DNA from: Mycobacterium leprae TN
GTDB taxonomy: Bacteria; Actinomycetota; Actinomycetes; Mycobacteriales; Mycobacteriaceae
Direction of reading: 5' to 3'
DNA length: 32,000 bases
Assembly: GCF_000195855.1 (NCBI RefSeq)
Contig: NC_002677.1
Span: forward strand, 1,200,001 to 1,232,000
Shown here: piece by piece, positions 1-12,119 of the stretch
How the letters are laid out: every line of letters starts with the position of its first letter
Position numbering within the stretch: position 1 is the first letter of the stretch
Program-made: the position numbers and the translations under genes
The notes under the pieces: model-generated
Databases searched by the model: none
What the model was told of the DNA's origin: nothing
What the model saw: only the letters and a program-made list of their open reading frames with translations

Positions 1-528
1 GGATTAGGAAGTCGTTGAAAGAGAATCCTGCTCGACTGGCGATGATGATGTTGGGCGGGTCGCCGACCAACGTCGCTGCGCCGCCGATGTTGGAGGCGAA
101 GACTTCGGCCATCAGAAATGGTGCCGCATTGATTGTCAGGCGCTCGCACACCAACAGCGTGACCGGAGCAATCAAAAGCACCGTGGTGACGTTGTCCAGT
201 AAGGCCGACCCGAGCGCCATCACTAGCACCAGTAGGAGCAGGATGCGCAGCGGGGAACCATGTGAGCGTTTGGCGGTCCAGATTGCGACGTATTCGAACA
301 CACCGGTTTGGCGTAGCACACTGACGATGATCATCATGCTTAACAGCAAAAAGATGACTTCCCAATCGATTCCGGTTTCATGGGAGTAGAAGACGTCTTC
401 GGAATTGATAATGGGCAAAGTGACCACGATCGCCGCGCCCGTCAGGGCCGCCAGCGTCTTGTTGACCCGATCGCTGGCGATTAGTGCATAGGTGACGATG
501 AACACGGTGATCGCAATGACACTCATCT
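1..528 (-). CDS. ArsA/ArsB-like (CitMHS/NhaD superfamily) anion permease, N-terminal part, runs off the window edge
   Basis: Reverse-strand translation from ATG at 528: [95 protein letters not shown]...[28 protein letters not shown]. No stop seen in the parts I translated. Matches the Rv2684-type permease. Confidence 0.85.
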
Positions 529-578
529 AGCTTCCTGCGCTGCTGTCAGCCGGTGACTTGTCACTGCATCGGTCGGGA

Positions 579-1025
579 TCAATGTTTCAGGGCCGCTCTT
601 AGAAGGCGCGATGCTGTGATCACACCGAGCAGTTGTCCGCCTTTGACCACAGCGAGTAGAGGACTTCGCTGCCGTGACATGGTGGCGGCCACTTCGATGA
701 TGGTATCGTCGGCGTTGACTGGGGAAACGTTGACAAGGTGGTCCGGTAAAACATCGCGGACTTTCTTGCTGCTCAACTTTTCCGCCGCCTGGTCGGCCGT
801 CGACTCGTTGAGCACGCCAGCCAGCGAGGGATCATCCTGGATATACCGGGGCACAATGAATCGCACCACCTGGGATGCGGGCAGCACTGCGTAGGGCTTG
901 TCAGACATATCGGTGACCAAGAGTCCAGGCAGGCCGTGCTCCGCAAGCATACGAGCAGCGTCCAGTGCGCTCGAATTGATGCTGATTGCCGGGAAGTCTT
1001 CGGCGATGTCCTCGGCGAGCATGCT
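579..1025 (-). CDS. CBS-domain protein (Rv2683-like); the ORF extends to 1133 but the likely start is [36 protein letters not shown]
   Basis: ORF 579..1133 (-) with two CBS-like repeats (LPGLLVTD... and [22 protein letters not shown]). The start is approximate. Confidence 0.75.
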   Translation of the reverse strand, partial: SMLAEDIAEDFPAISINSSALDAARMLAEHGLPGLLVTDMSDKPYAVLPASQVVRFIVPRYIQDDPSLAGVLNESTADQAAEKLSSKKVRDVLPDHLVNVSPVNADDTIIEVAATMSRQRSPLLAVVKGGQLLGVITASRLLRAALKH

Positions 1026-1214
1026 ATGACGATACGTCTGTGTGGTTCGTGGAGTGTGGGCGACATCGAGGCGAACTATATGATGTATTCCAGGATTGCA
1101 GGACACTGCTGTCGACCAGTATTCGTGACTCACCGCAGACTGACGCTACCAAAGCGGTGGCTCGGTTATCCGTTTGGTGCCCCCACCCTTGCGTTACCTG
1201 AGTACAATAACGGA

Positions 1215-3146
1215 ATGCTGGAACAGATCCGCAGGCCCGCTGATCTGCAGCATCTTTCTCAGCAGCAGCTACGGGATCTGGCTGCCGAGATCCGTGAGCT
1301 CCTCGTTCACAAGGTGGCGGCCACCGGGGGACACTTGGGGCCGAACCTGGGTGTTGTCGAACTCACGCTGGCGTTGCACCGAGTGTTCGACTCACCGCAT
1401 GATCCGATTATCTTCGACACCGGTCACCAGGCGTACGTCCACAAAATGTTGACGGGACGCTGTCAGGACTTCGACAGTCTGCGTAAAAAGGCCGGGTTGT
1501 CGGGGTACCCGTCTCGCGCCGAGAGCGAACACGACTGGGTGGAGTCCAGCCACGCCAGCACGGCGTTATCGTACGCCGACGGTCTGGCTAAGGCATTCGA
1601 GCTGGCCGGAAACCGCAACCGACACGTAGTCGCGGTGGTTGGGGACGGCGCGCTTACCGGTGGTATGTGCTGGGAGGCGCTTAACAATATCGCAGCAACA
1701 CCGCGTCCGGTGGTCATCGTAGTCAATGACAATGGTCGCAGTTACGCGCCCACGATTGGCGGTGTAGCCGATCACCTCGCCACGCTGCGGCTGCAGCCGG
1801 CCTACGAGCGGCTACTTGAGAAGGGGCGTGATGCACTTCACTCTTTGCCGCTGATAGGCCAGATCGCTTACCGTTTCATGCACAGTGTCAAAGCCGGTAT
1901 CAAGGATTCCCTATCGCCGCAGCTGCTGTTCACCGATCTCGGGCTAAAGTATGTTGGCCCGGTTGATGGTCACGATGAACATGCGGTAGAGGTCGCGTTG
2001 CGTAAGGCCCGCGGCTTCGGTGGCCCGGTGATCGTGCACGTCGTCACCCGCAAGGGTATGGGCTATCCCCCGGCCGAAGCCGATCAAGCCGAACAGATGC
2101 ACACCTGCGGCGTGATGGACCCGACGACCGGGCAACCCACCAAGATTGCTGCTCCTGACTGGACGGCGATCTTTTCCGATGCCCTCATCGGTTATGCTAT
2201 GAAGCGACGTGACATTGTGGCTATTACCGCGGCTATGCCGGGCCCTACCGGTCTAACAGCGTTCGGTCAGTGTTTTCCGGATCGGTTGTTCGATGTCGGG
2301 ATCGCTGAGCAACACGCGATGACGTCGGCGGCCGGGTTGGCTATGGGCAGGATGCACCCGGTGGTGGCGATCTATTCGACATTTCTCAACCGGGCGTTCG
2401 ACCAGATCATGATGGACGTGGCGCTACACAAGTTGCCTGTTACCATGGTGATTGACCGGGCTGGCATTACCGGTTCGGACGGCCCCAGTCATAACGGCAT
2501 GTGGGATTTGTCGATGCTAGGCATCGTACCGGGGATGCGAGTGGCCGCGCCTCGAGACGCCATTCGGTTGCGCGAAGAACTCGGTGAGGCGCTTGACGTC
2601 GACGACGGTCCGACGGCGATACGATTCCCCAAAGGAGATGTGTGTGAAGATATTCCGGCTTTGAAGCGCCGATCGGGCGTGGACGTACTCGCGGTGCCGG
2701 CTACGGGGTTGGCCCAGGACGTGCTGCTGGTGGGGGTCGGCGTTTTTGCGTCGATGGCGTTGGCGGTGGCCAAGCGGCTGCACAACCAGGGAATCGGCGT
2801 AACAGTGATTGACCCACGTTGGGTGTTGCCGGTGTGCGACGGTGTTCTCGAACTGGCGCATACCCACAAACTGATCGTCACGCTGGAGGACAACGGGGTC
2901 AATGGCGGTGTAGGCGCAGCCGTATCTACCGCGCTGCGTCAAGTGGAGATTGACACACCTTGCCGCGATGTTGGATTGCCGCAGGAGTTCTACGATCATG
3001 CTTCGCGGAGTGAGGTGTTGGCCGATTTGGGGCTGACCGACCAAGACGTCGCCCGTCGGATCACCGGCTGGGTTGTTGCATTCGGCCATTGCGGTTCCGG
3101 TGACGATGCAGGTCAGTACGGTCCGCGGAGCAGCCAAACCATGTAG
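1215..3146 (+). CDS. dxs: 1-deoxy-D-xylulose-5-phosphate synthase
   Basis: [61 protein letters not shown]...[17 protein letters not shown]...; start at 1215 inside ORF 936..3146 gives 643 aa. Confidence 0.97.
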   Translation: MLEQIRRPADLQHLSQQQLRDLAAEIRELLVHKVAATGGHLGPNLGVVELTLALHRVFDSPHDPIIFDTGHQAYVHKMLTGRCQDFDSLRKKAGLSGYPSRAESEHDWVESSHASTALSYADGLAKAFELAGNRNRHVVAVVGDGALTGGMCWEALNNIAATPRPVVIVVNDNGRSYAPTIGGVADHLATLRLQPAYERLLEKGRDALHSLPLIGQIAYRFMHSVKAGIKDSLSPQLLFTDLGLKYVGPVDGHDEHAVEVALRKARGFGGPVIVHVVTRKGMGYPPAEADQAEQMHTCGVMDPTTGQPTKIAAPDWTAIFSDALIGYAMKRRDIVAITAAMPGPTGLTAFGQCFPDRLFDVGIAEQHAMTSAAGLAMGRMHPVVAIYSTFLNRAFDQIMMDVALHKLPVTMVIDRAGITGSDGPSHNGMWDLSMLGIVPGMRVAAPRDAIRLREELGEALDVDDGPTAIRFPKGDVCEDIPALKRRSGVDVLAVPATGLAQDVLLVGVGVFASMALAVAKRLHNQGIGVTVIDPRWVLPVCDGVLELAHTHKLIVTLEDNGVNGGVGAAVSTALRQVEIDTPCRDVGLPQEFYDHASRSEVLADLGLTDQDVARRITGWVVAFGHCGSGDDAGQYGPRSSQTM

Positions 3147-4300
3147 CTTGGGCCTGGCGACGATCCGGATCGTCAGATTCATTTTCGTATCAAAACTATT
3201 GACGTAAGAATACACTATTTCCCACTGGATCCGCGCAATGTGGGCTTTCCTTCAGTGCGGAATTATCGTTACGGTCTTTCGCAGAAGACCGTGCTCCTGT
3301 TAGGTTGCTGGAATACCGGTACGAGTGCTAATTCCCGATGACCTTGAAAGCGCGAGATTAGCGATGTGTGCAGGACCGTGCTATCCGCTGATAATTTGGC
3401 GCCAGACCAATGTTGAGTGCGACCTGAACATTAGTTCCTGGGGGAGATAGGTGAAGGTTTCTGAGTCGGATTTATTTGTCGCTGGATTTACCACTCGTCT
3501 TTCCGTATGGCGACATGCACTGTGTCACCTGAAAGAGAGAGCACATGAAAACCGTCAAAGTCAGCCAAAACTCACGTTGTTATTGCCGGGGATGGGATCT
3601 CTGTTATGACTGTGGCTATGATTCTTACCTGAGTCGGCGTGCGGATCACGTTATGCTAAGCAGCACCTGAAGCCAGAGGTAAGGTCGAGAATCTGCGCCG
3701 CCAAGACGATAACCCGATCGAGCACAGTTTGCAAATGTATTGGTTCTATTACCAAACCCTGCTAAAGTTACTCTCAACTCATAACCACGGATAACGGCAT
3801 GACCGTGCTCGCCAATCTGGTTGGCGTGAGTGTAGCCGTGTTTTTTTACGGGCACCTCATCATTGATCGGCATTCACGCGGAAGGTGCGTAAGGTATTCG
3901 AACCACTTCAACCACTGGGGCTGGATCGCATTGCGCAGAACAGTGCTCATTGTCGGTCTGGACTACCAAGGAGTGGTGTCCCCTACGGGTCATCCCAATT
4001 TTGATGCTCAATATGTACCTGTTGTGGATGTGCTGCGAGTGACTCGTTGCGGAGCTGAGCACCATTTCATATGCAGACTATATGCAACTGAATCGCTAGT
4101 CCCCCAGGTGAAGAAGTTTTTTCCGAGTTGCCGAACATTTTCTTTGCGGCGTGTCCGGACGCACCAGCAGCGATTGCAGGCCGGGTTCTTAATGAGCTGT
4201 TTAATTTTACGAGTCGACCAACGTACCTAAACTAGGTAACGCCGCCTTCCAGTTATGATTATTTATGGGGACCGACGAACGCATAATCGAGCCTTGTATT

Positions 4301-4350
4301 CATCACTAATACTCATGTCAAAATAAATTTTGACATGAGTATTAGTGATG
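4301..4350. repeat. Perfect inverted repeat, 24-bp arms, 2-nt spacer
   Basis: CATCACTAATACTCATGTCAAAAT-AA-ATTTTGACATGAGTATTAGTGATG, checked base by base. Confidence 0.97.
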
Positions 4351-5246
4351 TCGAGTTCGAGAATGGTCGGATAACCGGATTGCTATCGGCCTATGGCTGC
4401 ATTTTTAGTTGCGACTATGCCATTATCTCCTTGCTTTATCTGACATTGCTCTAAATGGTCACATCAGATCACGTAAAGCAAAATTTACTCACCTAACGCA
4501 CTGGCATACAATTGCAATAGATTCATCGAGCGGGATCCAGTTTTTCTACGTGAGATCCTGGCAACATGGTAGTCATTTATTCGTCCCGGAGTCTTTACTG
4601 TGTGTTTGGACAGTGAGTAGTTCCACGGTCTCTGTGGTTCGGGGCGCGGGCTTCTGGAGAAATGTTCGCTTGCCGTAGGGAAGTAAAGTACTTTTTATCG
4701 ATAGCCTGGAGTGATTGTATAGGTCTGGTTGGGGTATTTATCGACCGGTAAGCGAATGCACACTAGATGAGATCTTGACTGAGTGCTTGGCGCAGTGCGA
4801 CTTCGATGATCGGTCGCAGATTCGGGCTGAAAGAACGATTACAAGCTGATGCAGGTTAAGCGAGGTCGACTACAAAACGTTGGTGGGCGATCTACCGCCG
4901 CGTCTTGCCTTGGCTCCTGCGTGTGGTATGCGCATGGTCAATCTATTCGCCATACCGATGCCGGGTGCTCACCATCGATCGCGTCGTATTCGCACAGAAG
5001 TGCCTAACCTCATATTTTTGCCGATAAAGTGGGCCTATTCACCGGAGCTGATTTTGTTTGTTCTCACCATGCAGACGGCGGCATGCTCCGGCTATTTGGC
5101 CGCCAGCCAGGCGTTCAACGTTGCAGCTCTGCACGCTGTGTCTGACTTGCAATGGACTTGCGAGATCCTGTCCCATTTGTTGTGCTGCGGCTGTGAGGAT
5201 CGATGTGGTGGTGGAAACGCCACCGTACGACGCTCACACATGAGCG

Positions 5247-6536
5247 TTAGCCAGCCGACGACTTCACCGCCGAGGCCAGAATGGTCACCACGAGTTCTCG
5301 CTGCCACGCTCGCGCTTGGCCGACACGCAAATATTCCTCGACTGCATTGACCGGGTCGACCGAGCTTTCCGGCAGAACCTCCCAGTCCCAGCACAGTCGT
5401 CGCACCAGTTCAGGCGAGACGAGATTTTCCGTCGGTACCCCAACCCGCTGCGACACCGTCGCCAGTGCCGCTCTGGCCGCCTCCAGCCGTGCAGCGGCAT
5501 CTGGTTTGCGCCGGGCCCACCGCCCGGGCGGTGGTGGCACGTTGGACGGCTCGGCTTCGTCCGGTAGGTCTTGGCTCTGTCGTGCCGTTTCCAGCGCTGC
5601 CAACCACATCGCAGCGCTGCGACGCTGATTGGCCCCGCCGAAAACCGGCATTGCGATCAGCTCGTCGATCGTCTTGGGGTCGGCTATGGCTGCGTCGATG
5701 ATGGCGGTATCAGGCAGGATGCGACGTGGTGCGATATCGCGACGTTGGGCAATGTGGTCGCGCGTTGCCCACAATTCGCGAACGGCGGCCAGGGCTCGCC
5801 GGTCGCGCACCCGACGGATGCCTGACGTGCGTCGCCAGCGGTCCCGACGGGTGGGTGGGATAGTCTCGGTGGTGGCCCCCCTAGTTGCATAGGTCCGCAG
5901 GTAGTTGAATTCCTGCGTTGCCCAATCAGTTTTGTCTTGCTCGGCCAGCACCTTCGAGATTGCCGTGCGCAGTTCGATCAGCAGCTCCACGTCTAGAGCC
6001 GCATAGTTGAGCCAGTCCGAAGGCAGCGGGCGTTTCGACCAATCGGCAGCACCGTGGCCTTTGGCCAACTCGAAACCCAGCAGCCGCTGAACCATTGTTG
6101 CGAGGTTCACCCTGTCAAATCCGGCCAGGCGTCCGGCAAGTTCGGTGTCATACAACGCTGGCGGCCGCATGCCGACTTCGGCCAGACACGGCAGATCCTG
6201 ATCAGCCGAATGCAGGATCCATTCGTCTTTGCTGATCACCTCGGCGACGGGTCGCAGCGCGGTCAGCGGATCATTGCCGTGGCTGACCGGGTCGATGAGG
6301 ACGGTGCCGGCGTTCGCTCGTCGGATCTGAATCAGGTAAGCCCTGTTGGAATAGCGAAAACCCGACGCCCGCTCGGTGTCTACCGCAAACGGGCCGTACC
6401 CTTGGTCCAGGCGTTCTGCGGCCGCCGCGATCTCGCTCGGGGTTACGGATAGGTTCGGTATCCCGCCGGCCGGGTAGTGCAGCGGGGTGGGGTCGGGTTC
6501 GGTGCCGCCCGGCTGATCGTCCGCCGGTTCGCGCAT
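5247..6536 (-). CDS. Ribonuclease D-like 3'-5' exonuclease with HRDC domain (Rv2681-like)
   Basis: 429-aa ORF: GPFAVDTERASGFRYSNRAYLIQIRR..., WILHSADQDLPCL, ALYDTELAGRLAGFDRVNLATMVQRLLGFELAKGHGAADWSKRPLPSDWLNYAALDVELLIELR = DEDD exonuclease motifs. Confidence 0.93.
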   Translation of the reverse strand: MREPADDQPGGTEPDPTPLHYPAGGIPNLSVTPSEIAAAAERLDQGYGPFAVDTERASGFRYSNRAYLIQIRRANAGTVLIDPVSHGNDPLTALRPVAEVISKDEWILHSADQDLPCLAEVGMRPPALYDTELAGRLAGFDRVNLATMVQRLLGFELAKGHGAADWSKRPLPSDWLNYAALDVELLIELRTAISKVLAEQDKTDWATQEFNYLRTYATRGATTETIPPTRRDRWRRTSGIRRVRDRRALAAVRELWATRDHIAQRRDIAPRRILPDTAIIDAAIADPKTIDELIAMPVFGGANQRRSAAMWLAALETARQSQDLPDEAEPSNVPPPPGRWARRKPDAAARLEAARAALATVSQRVGVPTENLVSPELVRRLCWDWEVLPESSVDPVNAVEEYLRVGQARAWQRELVVTILASAVKSSAG

Positions 6537-6537
6537 A

Positions 6538-7128
6538 TCAGGAGCGTGAGCGCGAGCCCAGGTCGATAACTCCGGCCGGCGGCAGTCCTGCGGCGTGTTC
6601 CAGCACCTCGCAGAATGCTTTGACGTGGACGCCGACCTCGGGGGTGGTTGCCGTCCACGAGGCCCGTAGCTCTAGCTGATGGGCGCGTGGTGGTCCGGAG
6701 ATGTCGCCGTAACGTACTGACGTGGTGGCGGTGACGGTGCCGCCCAGCGCGGTGACATGATCTATGCGTGATTCCAGTGCCTCAATCAGCCAGCTCCACG
6801 CCACTTCAGGCAGTAGCGGGTCAATGGCTTCACGCGAGTCCAGGTCAGACTGGATATAGGCGACCAACCGGATGGTGCCGTCCCAAGCGTCGGAACCGTC
6901 GGGATCATATAAGAGAATCAGTCGGCCGAACGCGTTGTCCTCAGATTGCTCGGGGACGATGTCGAGTTCGGGATGCTTGACCTGAGCTCCCAGTGCGTAG
7001 CTGTATGGCGCGAGCCGCTGCGGCGGTCGAATGGGACCGAGTTCAATTTCCGGCCGTACAGTAAAAGCGTTCATTGCCGCGACTGCCTCGCGGAAGGGAG
7101 TCGGTTCGGCTGCGGTCACGGGCGCCAC
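6538..7128 (-). CDS. DUF3000-family conserved actinobacterial protein (Rv2680-like)
   Basis: 196-aa ORF: FREAVAAMNAFTVRPEIELGPIRPPQRLAPYSYALGAQV...DAFGRLILLYDPDGSDAWDGTIRLVAYIQSDLD; the stop lies 2 bp from the preceding RNase D-like ORF. Confidence 0.85.
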   Translation of the reverse strand: MAPVTAAEPTPFREAVAAMNAFTVRPEIELGPIRPPQRLAPYSYALGAQVKHPELDIVPEQSEDNAFGRLILLYDPDGSDAWDGTIRLVAYIQSDLDSREAIDPLLPEVAWSWLIEALESRIDHVTALGGTVTATTSVRYGDISGPPRAHQLELRASWTATTPEVGVHVKAFCEVLEHAAGLPPAGVIDLGSRSRS

Positions 7129-7249
7129 TCCTCCTCATCGCTTAGCTCCGCATCGTAGCCGGCGCGGATCACGAAGGTCGACGGTAGCCCCATCTGCCCA
7201 CACGCCGTGACAGGCGCGCCGTGTCGTGGTGTTCGAGCTGGTGTCAGCC

Positions 7250-8100
7250 TCTCCGGGCACTACCGAAATGCCTCCAGGGGTATTTGGTGTTGGCAACAAA
7301 TAGCGTTAGGAGCTTTCGCCGGTGCACCACGAGCCCTTCGGCGACGTTGGAGCCGCTGAACCTGATGCGTTCTAGGTCGAGCAATGTTTCGAAGGCCGGA
7401 TCGAATATGCGGTACCAGTAATTCAGGCTGTATTTGGTCCACGCGGATCGTGTTTTGCTCCTCCCTGCGTACGGTTCTCGGCGAGATGGACGGGTGGTCG
7501 GGAGTATCTCAGTTATCGTCGACGCAGGTTGAGACCAGGCCGATACGTTCGGCTTCCTCCTCGAAGAGTGACTCACTGGTGAGCAGGTAGTATTGATATT
7601 TTAATCTCAGCTATGCCGACCAGCAGCGGACAGCAAATTGCAGCATGGTCACGGGCCGCCACCCGAGTTCGGTGTGCCCATCGATGATTTTCGCGGTTTA
7701 GTCTGCCACCTGAGATGTTGGCAAGCAGCGCAATCACCAGACCTGCACCCACGGCTGGGCCTCGAATCGGCCGACACCACCGGCTGGACGAAGTTGGCCA
7801 GATTGAGCACCAGATCACGGTCTTCGCGCAAAATGCGAACCTGGCCTTCGTAGTCGTCGATGGTTTCTGCGGTCAGGTCTAAGCTACTGCCCGAAGAAAA
7901 CGCTGTGCCTTCACTGCGGACCAGGACGATGCCGCACGGCGGGGTTGTGATTGATCACCGGCCAGATTTCGGTGAGGTTTCGGTGCATTTGCGGTCCCAC
8001 AGAATTCAGCTCAGACGCGTTAAGAATCAGGTTCAACACGCTTTCTTGGCCAGGATTGTCGCTGAGTGTGCAGCGAAGGAATAGAAAACTCGTCGTAATT
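7250..8100 (-). pseudogene. echA15: echA15-like enoyl-CoA hydratase pseudogene
   Basis: Reverse-strand fragments in several frames: [18 protein letters not shown]; [19 protein letters not shown]; [17 protein letters not shown]; LNYWYRIFDPAFETLLDLERIRFSGSNVAEGLVVHRRK. Confidence 0.85.
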
Positions 8101-8216
8101 GCCTGGTTTCGACATTTCTGGGCGCTCCTGCATGGTCATTGATGTTACGCAGCGACGTCGGATATGCGAGACCGATCGTTAGGGGCTCGACCGGTCCCGT
8201 GGCAGTATTGAGATCG

Positions 8217-9290
8217 ATGAGTACCCGTCGCGAGCTTCTCGAATCGCCGTATCTGGCCGCGGTCAGTGGACGCAAACCCTGCCGGGTTCCGGTGTGGTTT
8301 ATGCGGCAAGCCGGCCGCTCGTTGCCTGAATACCGGGCGCTGCGCGAGCGATACAGCATGTTGGCGGCGTGCTTCGAGCCCGAAGTGGCCTGTGAAATCA
8401 CTCTGCAGCCGTTACGTCGTTACGACGTTGATGCCGCGATCTTGTTCTCAGACATCGTGGTGCCGCTGTGCGCGGCAGGAATCGATCTGGATATTGTGCC
8501 AGATGTCGGTCCAGTGATCGGGGACCCGGTCCGGACTGCCACCGATATCCACGCTATGAAACCCCTTGAACCACAAGCGATTCAGCCTATTTTTCAGGCT
8601 ATTTCGTTGCTGGTCGCAGCACTGGGTGATGTTCCGCTGATCGGTTTCGCCGGTGCGCCGTTTACGCTGGCGTCCTACCTGGTCGAAGGCGGTCCTAGTC
8701 GTAATCATCCCCGCACTAAGGCCATGATGCTGGCCGAACCTGCGAGCTGGCATACGCTGATGGATAAGCTGACCGATCTGACTCTTGGATTTTTGCTTGG
8801 TCAAATCGACGCCGGAGTTGATGCCATCCAGGTATTCGACTCGTGGGCGGGAACGCTGTCCCTGTCCGATTACCGCCAGTACGTGTTGCCACATAGCGCC
8901 CGGATTTTTGCCACGGTGGCCGAACACGGGGTGCCGATGACGCACTTCGGGGTTGGCACCGCCGACCTGCTGGGTGCGATGTCAGCGGCTGTGCGGTCAG
9001 GCGAAAAGCCTGGGCACCAGGCCGTCGTCGGCGTGGATTGGCGAACCTCGTTGACCGATGCTGCTGCCCGAGTGGAACCCTGTACCGCGCTGCAGGGCAA
9101 CCTCGACCCGGTGGTGCTGTTAGCGGGCTGGCCGGCTGTCGAACGTGTCGCACGGACTGTCGTCGACGACGGGCGCCGTGCCGTCGTGGCCGGCGCGGCT
9201 GGCCACGTTTTCAATCTCGGCCATGGAGTGTTGCCGGAGACCGATCCCGGCGTGCTGAGCGAATTAGTATCGTTCATCCACTCGCTATGA
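8217..9290 (+). CDS. hemE: Uroporphyrinogen decarboxylase
   Basis: [49 protein letters not shown]...; 357 aa; signature [16 protein letters not shown]. Confidence 0.97.
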   Translation: MSTRRELLESPYLAAVSGRKPCRVPVWFMRQAGRSLPEYRALRERYSMLAACFEPEVACEITLQPLRRYDVDAAILFSDIVVPLCAAGIDLDIVPDVGPVIGDPVRTATDIHAMKPLEPQAIQPIFQAISLLVAALGDVPLIGFAGAPFTLASYLVEGGPSRNHPRTKAMMLAEPASWHTLMDKLTDLTLGFLLGQIDAGVDAIQVFDSWAGTLSLSDYRQYVLPHSARIFATVAEHGVPMTHFGVGTADLLGAMSAAVRSGEKPGHQAVVGVDWRTSLTDAAARVEPCTALQGNLDPVVLLAGWPAVERVARTVVDDGRRAVVAGAAGHVFNLGHGVLPETDPGVLSELVSFIHSL

Positions 9291-10642
9291 CATCCCGCTC
9301 GTATTGTGTTGTGGGTGGCGGAATCTCGGGACTTACGGCGGCATATCGGTTAAGGGTGGCTACGGGTGACGATGTTGCTATCACTTTGTTCGATCCTGGT
9401 GACCGACTCGGCGGGGTGTTGCGCACCGAGTGCGTAGGCGGACAGCCGATGGACTTGGGCGCCGAGGCATTCTTGCTGCGCCGTCCCGAGGTGCCGGCGT
9501 TGCTGGCCGAGTTGGGTTTGTCAGAGCGCCAACGCGCCACCACCGATGCCCGACCATTGATCTACAGCCAGCAACGGCTGCATTCGTTGCCACCGGACAC
9601 CGTCGCCGGCATTCCGTCCTCGGCGACGTCGGTGGCCGGCTTGGTCGACGACGCCACAGTTGCGCGTATCGGCGCCGAAGCTGTCCGTCCGCTGAGCTGG
9701 GAACCCGGCAGCGATCCCGCGATGGCCGAATTAGTGGCCGACCGGTTCGGCGAGCAGGCCGTGGCCCGGTTGGTGGACCCGCTGTTGGGCGGCGTCTATG
9801 CTGGCTCGGCAGCGACGATCGGGCTGCGCGCGGGCGCCCCGAGTGTGGCGGCTGCCCTCGACTGCGGGGCCACCAGTTTGATGGAGGCGGTTCGACAGGG
9901 GTTGCCGCCGGTAGCGGCCGGGCCGGTTTTTGGAGCGCTAGACGGCGGCTACCAGGTGCTGATCGACGAGCTCGTCCGCCGCAGCCGACTGCAGTGGGTA
10001 GCTGCCACCGTGGTAGGGCTCGATCGTGGGACTTGCGGTTGGACGCTAGTGGACGACACCGGTGCTTGCTGGTCCGCCGACGGGGTTATCCTGGCCGTTC
10101 CCGCCCCACGGCTCGTGCGCCTGTTGCAGCAGATCGCCCCCCGAACAGTCGCCGCCGCAAGCCGGATCGTGAGTGCCTCGTCGGCGGTGGTGGCACTGTC
10201 GGTGCCCCGGGACACCACATTCCCGCAGAATTCCGGTGTGTTGGTGGCTAGCGGCGAGCGGCTGCGAGCTAAAGCGGTCACGTTGTCCTCACGAAAGTGG
10301 GGGCTTCAAGGGGACACACAGTTGGTGCGGCTTTCGTTCGGGAAGTTTGGTGATCAGGTGGCCTCGACTGCCTCGGACGATGAGCTGCTGGCTTGGGCGG
10401 TGTCCGACCTGGCCGCGGTATTCGATGTGACCGTCGACCCCGTCGATGTATGCGTGCAGCGGTGGATCGACGCAATGCCGCAGTATGGCCCCGGTCACGC
10501 CGATCTGGTCGCCGAGGTGCGCGCCGGCTTGCCGCCGACGCTGGTCGTGGCTGGCAGCCATATGGACGGTATTGGTGTGCCTGCGTGTATCAGCGCTGCC
10601 GGGCGCGCGATCGAGGCCCTCCAAGCGGAAGTGGCACGATAA
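9287..10642 (+). CDS. hemY: Coproporphyrinogen III / protoporphyrinogen oxidase (HemY/CgoX)
   Basis: [48 protein letters not shown]..., FAD-binding GGGISG; 451 aa; start overlaps the hemE stop (ATGA). Confidence 0.95.
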   Translation: MTSRSYCVVGGGISGLTAAYRLRVATGDDVAITLFDPGDRLGGVLRTECVGGQPMDLGAEAFLLRRPEVPALLAELGLSERQRATTDARPLIYSQQRLHSLPPDTVAGIPSSATSVAGLVDDATVARIGAEAVRPLSWEPGSDPAMAELVADRFGEQAVARLVDPLLGGVYAGSAATIGLRAGAPSVAAALDCGATSLMEAVRQGLPPVAAGPVFGALDGGYQVLIDELVRRSRLQWVAATVVGLDRGTCGWTLVDDTGACWSADGVILAVPAPRLVRLLQQIAPRTVAAASRIVSASSAVVALSVPRDTTFPQNSGVLVASGERLRAKAVTLSSRKWGLQGDTQLVRLSFGKFGDQVASTASDDELLAWAVSDLAAVFDVTVDPVDVCVQRWIDAMPQYGPGHADLVAEVRAGLPPTLVVAGSHMDGIGVPACISAAGRAIEALQAEVAR

Positions 10643-10647
10643 GTTTC

Positions 10648-11343
10648 ATGGCCAAACTTGACTACAATACCCTGAACTCGACGATTCGTTACCTGATGTT
10701 CTCGGTGTTCTCGGTGCGGCCTGGTGTTCTCGGTGCTCAGCGCGACACAGTGATTCACGACGTCCGCACCTTTTTCAAGCACCAGGAGAAACGCGGTGTA
10801 GTGGTGCGCGGCCTCTACGATATCGCCGGACTTCGGGCGGATGCCGATTTCATGATCTGGACGCACGCCGAACGTGTCGAGGCGCTGCAAGCGACTTATG
10901 CCGATTTCCGGCGCACTACCAAGCTCGGGCGGGCTTGTTCGCCGGTATGGAGCAGTGTGGCACTGCATCGACCGGCCGAGTTCAATAAGAGCCATATCCC
11001 AGCGTTTCTGGCCGGTGAGGAGCCCGGCGCCTATATTTGCGTGTATCCGTTTGTACGGTCCTACGACTGGTACTTACTACCCGACCAGGAACGCCGGCAT
11101 ATGCTTGCTGAGCACGGTATGGCCGCTTGTGGCTACAAAGACGTTCGCGCTAACACGGTGCCGGCGTTTGCGCTCGGCGACTACGAATGGCTCCTGGCTT
11201 TTGAGGCTCCTGGATTGGACCGCATCGTAGACCTGATGCGTGAATTGCGTGCTACCGAAGCACGGCGGCATACGCGCGCAGAGACACCGTTCTTCACCGG
11301 GCCCCGCGTACCGGTCGAACAACTCGTGAATTCGCTTCCATGA
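10648..11343 (+). CDS. hemQ: Coproheme decarboxylase, chlorite dismutase-like (HemQ/ChdC; Rv2676c-like)
   Basis: [29 protein letters not shown]...[70 protein letters not shown]; 231 aa. Confidence 0.93.
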   Translation: MAKLDYNTLNSTIRYLMFSVFSVRPGVLGAQRDTVIHDVRTFFKHQEKRGVVVRGLYDIAGLRADADFMIWTHAERVEALQATYADFRRTTKLGRACSPVWSSVALHRPAEFNKSHIPAFLAGEEPGAYICVYPFVRSYDWYLLPDQERRHMLAEHGMAACGYKDVRANTVPAFALGDYEWLLAFEAPGLDRIVDLMRELRATEARRHTRAETPFFTGPRVPVEQLVNSLP

Positions 11344-11368
11344 AGACCCAGTTCGACTCGAGGGACCC

Positions 11369-12050
11369 ACCCGTTTCGGGGAGATGTAGCGCGACGCCCG
11401 GTTGTTGCACGGCCTACCCACCGCCACGCCGCGGGATGTCGGCTGTCCGCAACTGCTAGTCCAGCAGCGGGTCTCGGTGGGGGGCGATCAAAGGTGAGGT
11501 GCTCGACCCAAGCACTGGCGCCTATCGCTATGTGATTTACTACGCCGCTAGGGGTACTCAAGTCACCGGCCGTCGACCGGTCGGCAAGTGCCATCGACTG
11601 CGCCCTGGACAAGGCGCGCAAAGCCGGAGTGTCGGTGGATTTCCGGGTGGCTGACGTGACGAAGCTGGACGGATTGGATGACCAGTTTGACACTGTCGTC
11701 GACTGAGCCTTTTACCACACCTTCAGCACAGAGGCTGAATTGCAAAAGTTCTACGTACAAGCGCTACGGCTTGGCAACCAAGCCGAGCCTAACCCTGTAA
11801 CAGGCTCGAGTGCGAGCACGCACGATGTCAACAGCTTTGCATGCCGTGGTCGTTGTCCGAGGATGATTTCCGCCAGGTGCTTTCCGTTAATGGTTGGGAG
11901 ATCACTTACCTGGGAACGATGATCGGCCAGGTTGACCTCGGTGTCGAGACCTTCGGGATGATGGCCACTCGAAACCCGGATATGGCCGAGCGGGTGCGGT
12001 TCGTACTGGACCGGTTCCGAGTCATGGAAACCATGGCTGACCGTCGGTAG
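11369..12050 (+). pseudogene. SAM-dependent methyltransferase pseudogene (Rv2675c-like)
   Basis: Scattered frames: KCHRLRPGQGAQSRSVGGFPG-type fragment, then DDFRQVLSVNGWEITYLGTMIGQVDLGVETFGMMATRNPDMAERVRFVLDRFRVMETMADRR*. Position after hemQ fits. Confidence 0.65.
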
Positions 12051-12119
12051 GTTGCATGCGTCGTTCTGGGAACGAGAATGCCACCGGCGTGTACTGGAAG
12101 CCATTAGCCATTAGAGTTT

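Noticed and set aside
936-1214. Upstream extension of the dxs ORF
   Set aside because: It overlaps the CBS gene antisense; the conserved DXS N-terminus starts at [11 protein letters not shown] (1215).
2517-3215. 232-aa ORF on the minus strand across the dxs 3' end
   Set aside because: Antisense to the confidently identified dxs; high-GC mirror ORF with no recognisable domain.
4301-4350. The palindrome as the dxs transcription terminator
   Set aside because: It lies over 1.1 kb downstream of dxs, with an AT-rich symmetric stem and no run of T following either arm.
4880-5350. 156-aa plus-strand ORF before the RNase D-like gene
   Set aside because: No recognisable motif, partly antisense to the RNase D-like gene, and low-complexity translation; not supported as a gene.
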